62,000 nt of DNA from Chiloscyllium plagiosum (taxonomy: Eukaryota). Below the pieces are notes generated by a model. It was not told the DNA's origin. It made no database searches and saw only the letters and a list, made by a program, of their open reading frames with translations. The stretch lies in NCBI RefSeq assembly GCF_004010195.1, contig NC_057749.1, positions 17,005,750-17,067,749 of the forward strand. Reading direction: 5' to 3'. Shown here piece after piece: positions 36,301 through 49,260 of this stretch (positions within the stretch are counted from its first letter, which is position 1; the number at the start of each line of letters is the position of its first letter). The translations under genes and the position numbers were made by a program.

Positions 36301-39300
36301 TTGATAGCTCACAATGACCAACCTGGTGGCTCTGCTGTTGCAGGGTGGACAGCTCCTGCTGGTACAGCTCAGCTGCAAATGGGTGCACCTCTGGTAACTG
36401 GGCATCGCGATTCATCAGCTCTGTCACCGTATCCTCAGCTACTCCTTTACGGATCGCTGCATTGATTCGAGATACAGCCTCCAGCACTGAAACAAGAGAT
36501 TCAATTAAATTCCGTTCTGAATTAGTAATTGGATCAAGGGTTACTGGGAGAAGGCAGGGGAATGGGGCTGAGAAACACACCAAATGGGGAGCACACTCTA
36601 TGGGCAGAAGGTACTCATTCTGCTTCCATACCTTATGGGTTAATGGATCCTAAATTATGGTCATTTCAGAGTCTACAATATCCCAAAATTAATGTCAAAG
36701 TTGCTGTTGTAAATGGAAGAAATTCCAATTTCAGGCACAGCCTATCTCCATCAAACAGTCCCAGGACAGGGACAGCATGCAGTTAAAGACAGAGTAAAGC
36801 TACCTCTGCATTGTCCTCCAAACACTTGCAGAGGAAATTGACACTGCTCGTATGTTGGATCAGATGGTCAACTGACGCTCATCTACTTGATTTTGATTTT
36901 ATAAAACAGTTTGAAGAAAGGCAGTAAACTCTCCTTGTGTTCTGCTCGACCTACTTCCCTCAGACATCAAATAATTAAACATTGTTTTGAGGAGCTCACT
37001 GATCATAAAATGACTATTGCACTGAAACGCTTTTAGATTTGTTGAGAAATATCTGTAATTTTTAAATATATATTTCTTTCATGTGGGTGATTCCCTGTTA
37101 ATAATACTAAGGGTGTACATCAATGTGATGGACTACGGCAGCTCACCATCACCTTCGAAAGGGCAATTAGGGACAGGCAGGGAATGCTGGTCCTGTCATT
37201 AAAAACATAAGTCGCTGATAAGGTCCAGGATTAAAGAGCGTGACTGAACTATAAATGCTTTCCTCTAGTTTATTTTCTCTTTGACTGAACCCACACCCAG
37301 GCTCCAAACCTAATCAGAGAACAAAGACGTGGTGACTACTCACTTTTCCTGAACCGACGACTGTCTTGATTGGCTTGGTCAACTCCGACCTGTAACTCCT
37401 CCTTGGTCAGAGGATCCTTTGAGCCCTGCTCCTGTTCAGCAGAATGTGATGGGGATTTAAGGGAGAATAGAGATTAGCAACATGGAGCAACTTATTGGGA
37501 GCTCTTTGATATATTTGAAAGCAGTATCAATCCCAATGTCCTGTCTCTCTAAACACTGTAGCAATCCCAGTAACAGTGCATCACCCTCTTGGCCACCCTG
37601 AGTGTTATTATACCGAGTGATATTTCATCATTCCTGGCCTGTGAAGGGTCTGACTCCTCCTGTTCTTACCTCAACGTCCTGAAAATTTTTCTCCTTCAAG
37701 TTAACATCTAATTCCTTTTTCAAAGTTACTATGAAAAATGATTTCACTAGCTTTTCAAGTGAGATATTTCAGATTGTAATAACACCTCACTTTCCCACTC
37801 CGTCGTTTTTGCCAGATATTCGTTACCTGAGCTTTCAGCTGTTTGTCAGAGGACAGCTGCTTGAGGTACCAATCACAGTTGTCCAACTCCACATCTCGCA
37901 GGCCCAAGGCTGGTGACTTCAGGGCGTTGTAGAGAGCTGTCCCATCTTGTTGCTCCAGAGCTCCATCTACGTTCTTCAGGCCATTCTGTACTGAAATCAC
38001 AATAGGACAATGGGCCAAAGGGCACATTACCCCCTGGATGGGAAAGCTCTACATAGCTCTTCAAACCAAACCAAACATTGGTAGATTTAAATGAATGAAA
38101 ATAAACTCAATACAGTTACTAGGAAGAACTACCCTTACTTAAGGGTGAGAAACCAAATGCAATTATCCTACAGCCCAACTCTCTTAATGAAACATGATGT
38201 TTCTATCTGTCCAGCATTGCCCCATTTCCCCAGAGTCCCTCGGGATTTCAGGCTCCCGTTGTGAGCAGTTCTGGGAGAAGCATCATGGGATGTGAATAAA
38301 AAACCTTTATTAAATTTTCTTTCAACTGGTCCATTGGGTTTCAAATTGACTTTGGGAAGGTGGGCATCCAGAGGGTGGCCATGTTGAACAACCACTGGTG
38401 GGAGAGAGGGGCTGGAGGAGTGGGAGGTGATGTGGTGGTACTTATAGGAAGATGACTGATGACCGTTGTCGACCATCGTTAGAATTAAATGCACTTGGAA
38501 GAGCCACCATGAGTCTGTCAACAATTATAACCCTTTGAAATGATCAAAGGCTTGTGTTGCCTCCTGATGGTGCACCGAATGGTGACAGGAAGACGGAGTT
38601 GGTCAGCAACAAATCTTTGCTACCACCAGTGTTGAACAGTAATAGAGTCACAGATCTCGATGCAGTGTGAGGGACAGTTACCTAAAACAATGCATTGTGT
38701 TCAACTAGGGATCGGGCTGTTTTGGATGTAATGAGGCAAGTTTAATAAAGGATTTATGAAATAGTCACCATAACATTATAGGGTGGGATGGTGGCTCAGT
38801 AGGGTTGCATGGTGGCTCAGTGGTTAGCACTGTTGCCTCACAGCACCAGGGTCCCAATTCGATTCCAGTCTCGGGTGACGGTCTGTGTGGAGTTTGCACG
38901 TTCTCCCCGTGTCTGCGTGGGTTTCCTCCGGGTGCTCCAGTTTCCTCCCACAATCACTAAGATGTGCAGGTCAGGTGAATTGGCCATGCTAAATTGCCCA
39001 TAGTGTTAGGTGCATTAGTCAGAGGGAAATGGGTCTGGGTGGGTTACTCTTTGGAAGGTTGGTGTGGACTGGTTGGTCCAAAGGGCCTGTTTCCACGCTG
39101 TAGGGAATCTAATCTAATCTAATTTAGCATTTAGAATGTAGCTTCAGAGTGAGAAACCTGGGTTGGTAATAATTGTGCTAAGCTTAAATAAGGGTAATTA
39201 TAAAGGAATGAGGGTTATGTTGGCTGGAGTGGAGTGGGAAAGGAGTTTAGTTGAAAAGATAGTTGCAGACCAAAGCAGACATTTAACAAAACAGATCATA

Positions 39301-42300
39301 ACTCACACAAAGATACACCCCAGTGGATTCTAGGAAGGGAGCAACTGACCATGGTTAACCAGGGAAATTAAAGATATTAATCCAATTGAACGTGGAATAA
39401 TAGTGTGTCAAGGCTCAATAGTAAGCAGAGGATGAGGCAAGTTATAAAACCTGACTAAAAGATGACAAAAACCTAATAAAGGCAGCAAATAAACTGGTTA
39501 TAAACTTCCAAGTAATATTAAAACATGAAAGAAAAATAGCAATTGCTGGAGAAACACAGCAGGTCTGGCAGCATCCGTGGGAAGAAAGCGTTTTGAAATC
39601 AATGAGTCTTCATGAGAACTCAGTTGTGTGTGGATGGCACAACAAACCCGAGAGGCAGTGTGTTTATATTAACACCCAGGGAAACCTGATCAGACACTGA
39701 TGGCTGGGCGTCCCTTCCAGGAAAATGTGTCCAGCAACAGACTGGGTGGCTGGCTTCAAGGTTAAAGTTGATGCAGGAAACAGAAGACTGACATTTATAA
39801 AGCACATTTCACTTTTAACCTTGATGTACTTTACAGCTAATAATGTATAGCTTTAGTAATGTAGGAAACGCCAGCTCCCACACACAACAGTGCAATTATG
39901 ACCTGAGAGTTGGTCGTGGTGTGACGTTGGCTTGAAGAATAATTACTGGAGACCTCTTCTGCTTGTCTTCATAATACTGACCGCGGGATCTTTAACACTC
40001 ACCTGAGAAGGGTCTCAGTTTGAAGTCACATCTGAATGATGGTATCTCTGACAGTGCAGGAGTCCCTCAAAGGGTCACTAGAGTGTCAGCCTAGATTTGT
40101 GTGCTTAAACGTGGGGAGTGGGATTTGAACCTAGAATCTTGTGATTTGGGATGATTGTGCTCGCCACTGAGCCATGACCAACATTCATGCAGAGAGATTC
40201 AAGTAGCTTTTGTCGAAGCTGGCAGGATGTGTATTAAGTTTGGGGAGGAGTAACAAAAAGAGGTAAATCAATTGGACAGCTTCTGCTTTGCTGTCCGCTT
40301 CCTCAAAAGATGCCAACTCTGTTATTCATCAATGGGAGAATCCAAGCTGTGAGTGCATTGCAGCCCACTATGAGTCTCCTGCATACAGCAGCCAGGAGTC
40401 ACCGTCTTCACTGACTTAGCACAACTGTCACTTTACCCAAGACCTCACACTGTGAACAAGTTGAGAGATTTCACAAACTTACAGTTGACTTTATTTACAT
40501 TTCCCTGGATCTCAGCTTGTGTGAGGAGCTCTTCATAAACATCTCTCTCTTCCTGAGGGCTCCCAGGCACGTCCTTAAAAAAAAATAGAATCACAGGAGA
40601 CATTTCAGTTCCCTGTTCCTTTCCGGGTTTCTCCCACCCCCTCTGCTACCTGTCTACAGAAAGCCATTCATTCTACATGGGCCGGGCCCAGGATTCTTCA
40701 TGTTCCAACACAGTCATCCTGGTTCTGGTGCACTCCTGACTCTCAGGGAAAGATATCTACCATCCCCCTGCAGTTACAGCCACAGCAATGTTGTTGATTC
40801 TTAAACAGCATGTGAAATGGTGTGGCCTGACACCGAGGGAACACTGAGGCCTTGGACTGAAATGGTTCAAAGTGGCAGCTCAGCACCACCTTCTCCAGGG
40901 TGTTTGAGGACTGGCAATGAATTCCGCTCTTGCCAGCAACACTCACGTTCCAAGCATGAATAACAAAAACAGGAAGGTTCAGGTAATGTGAAGAGAGGCG
41001 GAGGTAAGTGTAAGAGAATCCTCCAGCATCTGCTTCAGCTCCTCTTACTGAACTGCACAATGCTGATTAATAGGGAAGAAGGTAAGTCAGCCAATCTCCC
41101 ACACACTGCACAATCCCACACCAGTCCCACATAAACACATACTGTCCACTGCCTCCTTTTACAGAGACACCCTCTACTCCTTTACTTGTTGATGCCCACC
41201 TTATTCCGGGCGTTTGCCACTTTCTCGTGCTTGGCAGCACTCAGGGTGTTCTGATACTGCACACTTTGTCTTGAGTCCAAGTTGACTAGCATAGCATTGG
41301 GGTTCTGCATTGCTGCCAGGGTCTCTGCTGGAATGCCCTTCTCAATGGCATCATTGATGGCAATGACAGCTGCATGCACTGTGGGAAAGGGCAGAAAACC
41401 TTAATTAGCAGAACGTCAGCTTTTAAAAGCATAGTCGGAGTTTTGTCTTCAATAAATCCATCCTTTCCCCCATTCACTGACTATCTCGATTTTAAAACTT
41501 TCATTTAAATTCCTCCCTGGTCACATTCCCTCACTATGTCCGGGACCTCCTACAGGACCACAACCCACCGAGATATTGGTGCTCTGATCTCTTGAGCATC
41601 CCTGATTTGCATTGTTTCGCTATTGGTGGCTGTGCCTTCAGCTGCCTGGGCTCCAAGCTCTGGAATTCCCTCCTTAAACCTCCCCACCTTCCTCTCTCTC
41701 TCTCCACTTCCTTCAACATGCTCCTAAAAACCTCGCAGTTGGACTGTATTGATCACCTGTTCTTACATTTTGTCATATGGCATGGTGTCAGATTTGTTTG
41801 ACGTATGTATCTGTGGAACACCTCAGGGCCTTTTGTTATTGTTGAAGGTGCTCCACCTCACACAGTACAATTCCACAGACAATGAACTTTTGACGTGTGG
41901 TTTTCAGCTCACACCCATGAGTTTGGGTTCAAGGCTAAGGAAAAGACAGGGTCAAGAACTGTCTTCAGGTTTGGTCTTCTTTATGACACTATTTATTACA
42001 CATTAAAACTAAAGAGGACAATACCTGCTATTCAGAGATACACCAGGCACCAACCTGTTACTTTACTCAAAGACTTTTCCACAAACTACCACGATGGACA
42101 ATGAGTCTATTTCCCAAGATTCTCTGAACATGTGATTAACATTCATGTGACGAGACTTCAGGCTGCTACCCAGCTCTCCATGTGTTTTCTCTCTCTCTCC
42201 TTTCTCATTTCTGCCCACACTGTTTTATTTATACACAGTGAGGAGCAGCTCAGTGACATCATCACAAGGGTATTGCAGGGTACTTGAGGTCTGGCTCAGC

Positions 42301-45300
42301 CAACTTCCCCCAGAAGGGGCCACTTGTCGTGGGAGAACCTGGACATTGAGATTGTCACAGTTCACATCAATCCCATCCTTGGCCATCATCGAAACACACC
42401 TCACCCAGTGCAAGGTAAAGCTTTGCCATTCGGAACAAAAACCAATTTTGACCTTCTCCCTCTCCCCCCAATGGTGTGTCTGTTATTTGTTGACCTGCTG
42501 ACCCAACTGGGGTTGAGAAATACAGTCAGGACAACAGACTGAAAATATAACAGGACGCCAACTCTCAGGATCACTTACAGGCAGCTTCATCCACTGATAG
42601 CTCATTGGCCAAAATGCCCCCGATCTTACTGAACGCAGGCATCTGAATCCCATATTTTTCCAGTTCTGTCTTCATGTTGTTAATCTCCTCCTCTGAAACC
42701 GAAAAGACAAAAGCAGGAGTTAGGCACTGAGTCTGACAGTGTCCTTACCCTGGAACCCACTTATTCATCCCAGTGCCCACCCCCAGCTCTGTCCTCCCTG
42801 CCCTCTTGACCCTTTCTTGGACCCACTCGCCCATCCCTCACCCTCTTGCCAACTCTTGGTTTAAATGAACTAAAAGGAAGGAAGTAGGAGAGGGACCAGC
42901 AGGAGGTCATTGTACACATTGGTACCAACGACATAGCAAGGGAAAAGGATAAGATTCTGAAGGGAGAATACAGAGAGTTAGTCAGGAATTTAAAAAGGAG
43001 ATCATCGAGAGTAGTAATATCGAGATTACTCCTGGTGCTATTGGCGAGTGAGGGTAGGAATAGGAGGACAGAGCAGATGGAAGCGTAGCTGAGGAGCTGG
43101 TGTATGGGAGAAGGATTCACATTTTTGGATCATTGGAATCTCTTCTGAGGTAGAAGTGACCTGTACAAGAAAGATGGATTGCACTTGAATTGGAAGGGGA
43201 TTAAAGTACTGGCAGGGAGATTGACTAGAGCTGCTTGGGAGGATTTAAAATACTGGGGGATGGAGTGGGGTGCGGTGGGTCCCAGGGAGATACTGAGAAA
43301 AGAGATCAATCTGAGACTGGTATTGTTCACAAAAAAAGCGAGTCAAACAGTCAGGAACAAAGCAGAGAACAGGTAGGACTGATAAATTAACTGCATTTAT
43401 TTTAATGTAAGAGGCCTAACAGGGAAGGCAGATGAACTCAGGGCATGGTTAGGAACATGGGACTGGGATATCATAGCAATTACAGAGACATGGCTCAGGG
43501 ATGGGCAGGACTGGCAACTTAATGTCCCAGGATACAAATGCTACAGGAAGGACAGAAAGGGAGGCAAGAGAGGAGGGGGAGTAGCGTTTTTGATAAGGGA
43601 TAGCAATACAGCTATGCTGAGGGAGGATATTCCCAGGAATACATCCAGAGAAGTTATTTGATTGGAACTGAGAAATAAGTTCCTTGTTGGGATTGTATTA
43701 TAGACTCCCTAATAGTCAGAGGGAAATTGAGAGCTTTGGCGCCAGTGACCATAATTCTATTAGTATTAAAATAGTGATGGAAAAGGATAGACCAGATATA
43801 ACAGTTGAAGTTCTAAATTGGAGGAAGGCTAATTTTGATGTTATTAGGTAAGAACTTTTGAAAGCTGATTGGTCCAGATGTTTGCAGGTAAAGGGATGGC
43901 GGAAAATGGGAAGCCTTCAAAAATGGGATAATAAGAGTCCAGAGACAATATATTCCTGTTAGGGTGAAAGGAAAGGCTGGTAGGTGTAGGGGATGCTGGA
44001 TGACGACAGAAATTGAGGGTTTGGTTTAGAAAAAGAAGGAAGCATATGTCAGGTATAGACAGGATAGATCGACTGAATCCTTGGCAGAGTATAAAGTGAG
44101 TAGGAGCATACCTAAGGAGGGAATCAGGAGGGCAAAAAGGGGAAGTGAGATAGCTTTGGAAAATACAGTTAAGGAGAATCCAAACGGTTTTTACAAATAT
44201 ATTAAGGACAAAAGGGTAACTAGGGAGAGAATAGGGCCTCTCAAAGATCAGCAAGGCGGCCTTTGTGTGGAGCCACAGGAGATGGGGGAGATACTAAACG
44301 AGTATTTTGTATCAGTGTTTACTGTGGAGAAGAACATGGAAGGTATAGAATGTAGGGAAATAGATGGTGACACTTGACAAATGTCCATATTACAGAGGAG
44401 GAGGTGCTGGATGTCTTGAAATGCATAAAAGTGGATAAATCCCCAGGACCTGATCAGGTGTACCTGAGAACTCTGTGGGAAGCTAGGGAAGTGATTGCTG
44501 GGTCCCTTGCTGAGATATTTGTATCATCGATAGTCACAGGTGAGGTGCCGGAAGACTGGAGGTTGGCTAACGAGGTACCATTATTTAAGAAGGGTGGTAA
44601 GGACAAACCAGGGAACTATAGACCGGTGAGCCTGACCTCGGTGGTGGGCAAGTTGTTGGAGGGAATGCTTAGGGACAGGATGTACATGTATTCGGAAAGG
44701 CAAGGACTGATTAGGGACAGTCAACATGGCTTTGTGCGTGGGAAATCATGTCTCACAAACTTGATTGAGTTTTTTGAAGAAGTAACAAAAAGGATTGATG
44801 AGAGCAGCGAGGTAGACGTGATCTGTATGGACTTCAGGAAGGTGTTCGACAAGGTTCCCCATGGGAGACTGATTAGCAAGGTTAGATCTCATGGAATACA
44901 GGGAGAACTAGCCATTTGGATACAGAACTGGTTTAAAGGTAGAAGACAGAGGGTGGTGGTGGAGGGTTGTTTTTCAGACTGGAGGCCTGTGACCAGTGGA
45001 GTGCCACAAGGATCGGTGCTGGGTCCTCCACGTTTCGTCATTTATACAAATTGGAGTGCAGGTTCATAGCTCCTTGAAAGCAGAGTCACAAATAGATAGG
45101 ATAGTGAAGAAGGCATCTGATATGCTTTCCTTTATTGGTCAGAGTACTGAGTACAGGAGTTGGGAGGTCATGTTGTGGCTGTACAGGACATTGGTTAGGC
45201 CACTTTTGGAATACTGCATGCGATTCTGGTCTCCTTCCTATTGGAAGGATGTTGAAGGATGTTGTGAAACTTGAAAGGGTTCAGAAAAGATTTACAACGA

Positions 45301-48300
45301 TGTTGCTAGTGTTGGAGGATTTGAGCTATAGGGAGAGGTTGAATAGGCTGGGGCTGTTTTCCCTGGAGCGTCGAAGGCTGAGGACTAACCTCAGAGGTTT
45401 ATGAAATCAGGAGGGACAAGGATAAGATAAATAGACAAGGTTTTTTTCTCTGGGGTGGGGGAGTCCAGAACTAGAGGGCATAGGTTTAGGGTGGGAGGGG
45501 AAAGATATAAAAGGGACCTAAGGGGCAACATTTTCACGCAGAGTGTGGTACGTGTATGGAATGAACTGCCAGAGGAAGTGGTGGAGGCTGGTACAATTGC
45601 AACATTTAAAAGGCATCTGAGTGGGTATATGAATAGGAAAGTTTTGGAGGGATATGGGCCAAGTGCTGGCAGGTGGGACTAGATTAGATTAGGATGTGTG
45701 GTCAGCATGGACATTTTGGACTGAAAGGTCTGTTTTCCGTGCTGTACACCTCTATGACCCTGAGTGGAGTTTCTGGGGATTCACGGAAATACTGCCTTGT
45801 CATTGGAGCAGATACAAGAGTGACGAGAGTGGGCCGAAAAGAAAATGCGCTCATGGTTTTGTCCTCTAAAGGGCTTTCCTTCTCCCAGAGAAATTTATGA
45901 TTGGAAAATCACTCATTCCCTAAAATCTCTTATTTTCCTCTTCCCTGGACTTGGCTGTTTGGAATATTCCCAGCTCCCTGAATAACAGGACCTCCTTTAA
46001 AGAGCAGGAGCAAAGATCGGGACATTGCGCAGTTGGCAGAAGGGTCATGCTTGACAAACAAACAGGCTTGTTCATTTACAATTTAATAGATTTACATAAA
46101 ATTAGTTTCCAGGAAGCCCCAAGTCCCTGCAATGTTATTTGTTGTGTTTGGCTTTGTCGAAACAATTCTGTACACAGCTTTGACAATAGAATTGATTGGC
46201 TCTGGTACAAGATTTGAGAGCACTCTTGGACTTGGTGTTTGGTAACTGCTATCTGCGTTTTGCACCTTTGCTGCCAAATGATTAGCCAGACTTGATTAAA
46301 GTCTGTGCACTGGAAACAACTGTTAAGATAGCAGTTCTGTTAACTGCCCCAGCAGACTGCTGTTGCTCAGAAAATCAGATGATCTATTTCCTACCTCCTC
46401 ATGTGAAGGCACTGACACTTGCTGAGTTATATTGCATAAGATGTAGGAACAAAAACAGACCATTCAGCCCATCAAGTCTGCTACACAATTCAATGAGATT
46501 ATGGCTGATCTGATAATCCCCAACTAGACTTTTCCTGCCTTTTCCCCACAAGTCTTAATTCCCTTCCTGATTAAAAACCTCAACCTTGAATATAGTTAAC
46601 AACACAGCCTCAACAGCTGTGGTCAAAATTCCTGAAATTCATTACCTTCTGAGAGAAGAAATTCCTCATCTCTGTCTTCAATCTCCTCACTCTGAGATGA
46701 TGTCCTCTAGTCGTGGACTCTCCCAGAAAAGGGAAACAAACTTTCCACACTGACTGTCAAGTCCCTTAAGAATGCTCAATGCTTCAATAAGGTCATCTCT
46801 TATTCTTCAAAACTCCAATGAGTACAGGCTAAATTTACTCAACCTCTTTTTATAAGAAACTCCCTCAACACCCAGGATCAACCTTGTGAACCTTCCCTGG
46901 TCTGTCTAATGCCAATGCATCTTTGCCGAAATAAGGGGCCCAAAGGTGTTCCCAGTATTTCAGCTGTGGCATGACTAGTGCCTTGTATCGTTTTAGGGAA
47001 ACACTACTTGCTTTTATATTCTACTCCCTTGTAGTAAAGGCTAACTTTTCATTTGGCTTCCCTATTGCCGGCTGTACTTGAGCATGAGCATTTTATGATT
47101 CACACATGAGGAGTCCCCAGTCCCTCAGCTATAGCTTCCTCTCTGTGAATAATATTCTGCTCCTTTACACGTGCTGTTCTGCCTTTGGGTTACTCTCCTA
47201 AATAGTCTCCTGTGGGTCTGGACAGTGTGTACGGAGGACAGGGAGACCTCTAGGACTCAGTCAGATGCCACCCTCCTCCCAACCCCAAATATGGACTGTC
47301 TGTACTTTCCAAAGGAACACTCACTGTAATTGGGAATGAAAACCCGAGCTGAATTTCCTCTTCTCGGTACAGAAGCTGTCAGCAATTGTGGCAGCCAACA
47401 GGCGGGGTCAGGACAGAAGCCTCGCAACTCAATCCTACTGCCCAGATGATGAGGTCAGCTCCCTTCTACATTGCTCCCCAGCTGTCTGGAACCACTGCAG
47501 TTTCAGCAGAGAGAGAGAGAGAGAGAGAGACCAGACAGAGACAAGGGGGGAGAGAGAGAGAGAGAGAGAGGGAAAAGGTCAAGGACCTTTACAGAGTTGA
47601 GAACTCCACAAAAAAAGATTAGATTCATTTAAAATGGGGGAGAGTGACATCTAAGGACAGACTTGAGAAACGGTTCTGAAAACAAAGTCGAGAAGGGTCT
47701 GTGGAAGTTGGTAAATTGTTGCGTGTCGATGGGCTGTTGGATAATAAAGGTTTTTGACTTGGAACTATAAAAAGCATGTGGGAGAGAGAGGGAGAGTGTG
47801 CGAGAGAGAGTGAAAGGGGAGAGAGAGAGAGACAGAGACAGAGAGCGGGGGCAGCCATTTGGCCCATTGTGTGTGTGCTGGCAGCAGCAGTTCACCTGGA
47901 GCTCTCGGAGCTCCCTGTTCTCTCCTGCTTTCCCCTTAGACAGGGGTTCCCATTGCCTGATAGCGAGGGATCACGTTGGCCTCAGGTTTTCCTGCAGGTC
48001 GGGGAAGTGTGTGGAAAACATGATCAACTTGCTCTCCCAAACTGACCAGATAATCCATTGGTCAAGATGTAAAGAACTTCCCTGCTCTTCGGTGGGAGCA
48101 GATGGAATTCTGATTTTCATGTCTTGTGTGAACATTGGCACTTCCTACCGTGCTGCACTCCCTCAGTCTAGCACTTGGAGTCTGGATACTCATGTTTTTG
48201 GAGTGGAGTTTCAATCAACAACAGTCAGGGCCAAGAGTGCTCTAGTGTGGAGTCACAGCAATCCCCAGTAATCTGGGTGTACTGTACACACTCCCCACTC

Positions 48301-49228
48301 ACTCTCTGAAGGATGGTTCATAACAAAAACTTTAAAAACATAATCATCCATCAAATACTGCACTGACCTACACTTGGCACATGAACAACACCCCCTCCAC
48401 CCCAGGGCTCTCATGTAGACAGGTTCTGATGTTCTCTTGTAACACCAGGCTGATAGTGTGCCCCAATGATGTGGGGCTGGGCTCTCTTTCCATACACTCA
48501 TTGTGAACCCAGCTGTCATGGACTGCAGGTCACTCTGGGAGAATTAACCAAACCATCCTCGTGTTTGTGACCAGCTGACAAGCAACCCCCAGAACAATAA
48601 ACCCCATCCTGCTGCCTTCCCCCAGGGCCCTGGATCTCCCTCCTCAGAGATCTCTGGTGTTGTCAGTAACTCTCAGCAGGTATCAATGCTAGCTGGCACA
48701 CATGGCAGCACCCACATGCACTGCCCCCCTCTGGGAACCAAAATAAAATCCAATACCTCACCATAACGAACAGGTGCAGTCACCCACAAACCCAACACAT
48801 CACATATAGTGTATACATTGCAGAACTCTGAATTCACAATGTGTAGACCATCTCTGTGTCCATCAACATCTCTTACTATAATATACCCTGTTTATCAGCC
48901 CTGTGTATACACAGAGACATAATTCAGAGTTACATGAGCATTACAATGTGGTAGCAAACAAGAGTCACTATTTGACAAAAATTTTCAATCGATTAAATTG
49001 AACCATCCTCACCTGTGAAAGCAACTTTTCCATAAAGATCCTGAATCTGTGGAGCCAATCCCAGTTTAAAGAGGTACAAGCTGCCAAAGGAATGGAGAGG
49101 ATAAATCAATGAAGATCTGAGCACAGTGCAGTGACAATAATACCTCCCTCTTCCATCCACCAAACCTGTACCAACCCTGTCCTCAATGGTCTACTGTAGG
49201 CCTCAGTATCACACTAGTCACTGTCCAT

Positions 49229-49260
<32 letters not shown>

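Noticed and set aside
44374..45069. 231-aa reverse transcriptase ORF as an active or domesticated gene
   Set aside because: Part of a broken CR1; the catalytic FADD segment is deleted and the flanks have stops and frameshifts.
30064..46115. Four TTCCAGGAA STAT/GAS motifs (~30064, ~35897, ~39715, ~46107)
   Set aside because: Widely dispersed 9-mers picked post hoc, with no clustering or conservation evidence.
47380..48060. Enhancer-like cluster (GC box, GGAAGT, TGGAAAA, GATA)
   Set aside because: Short motifs expected by chance; not supportable without conservation or chromatin data.
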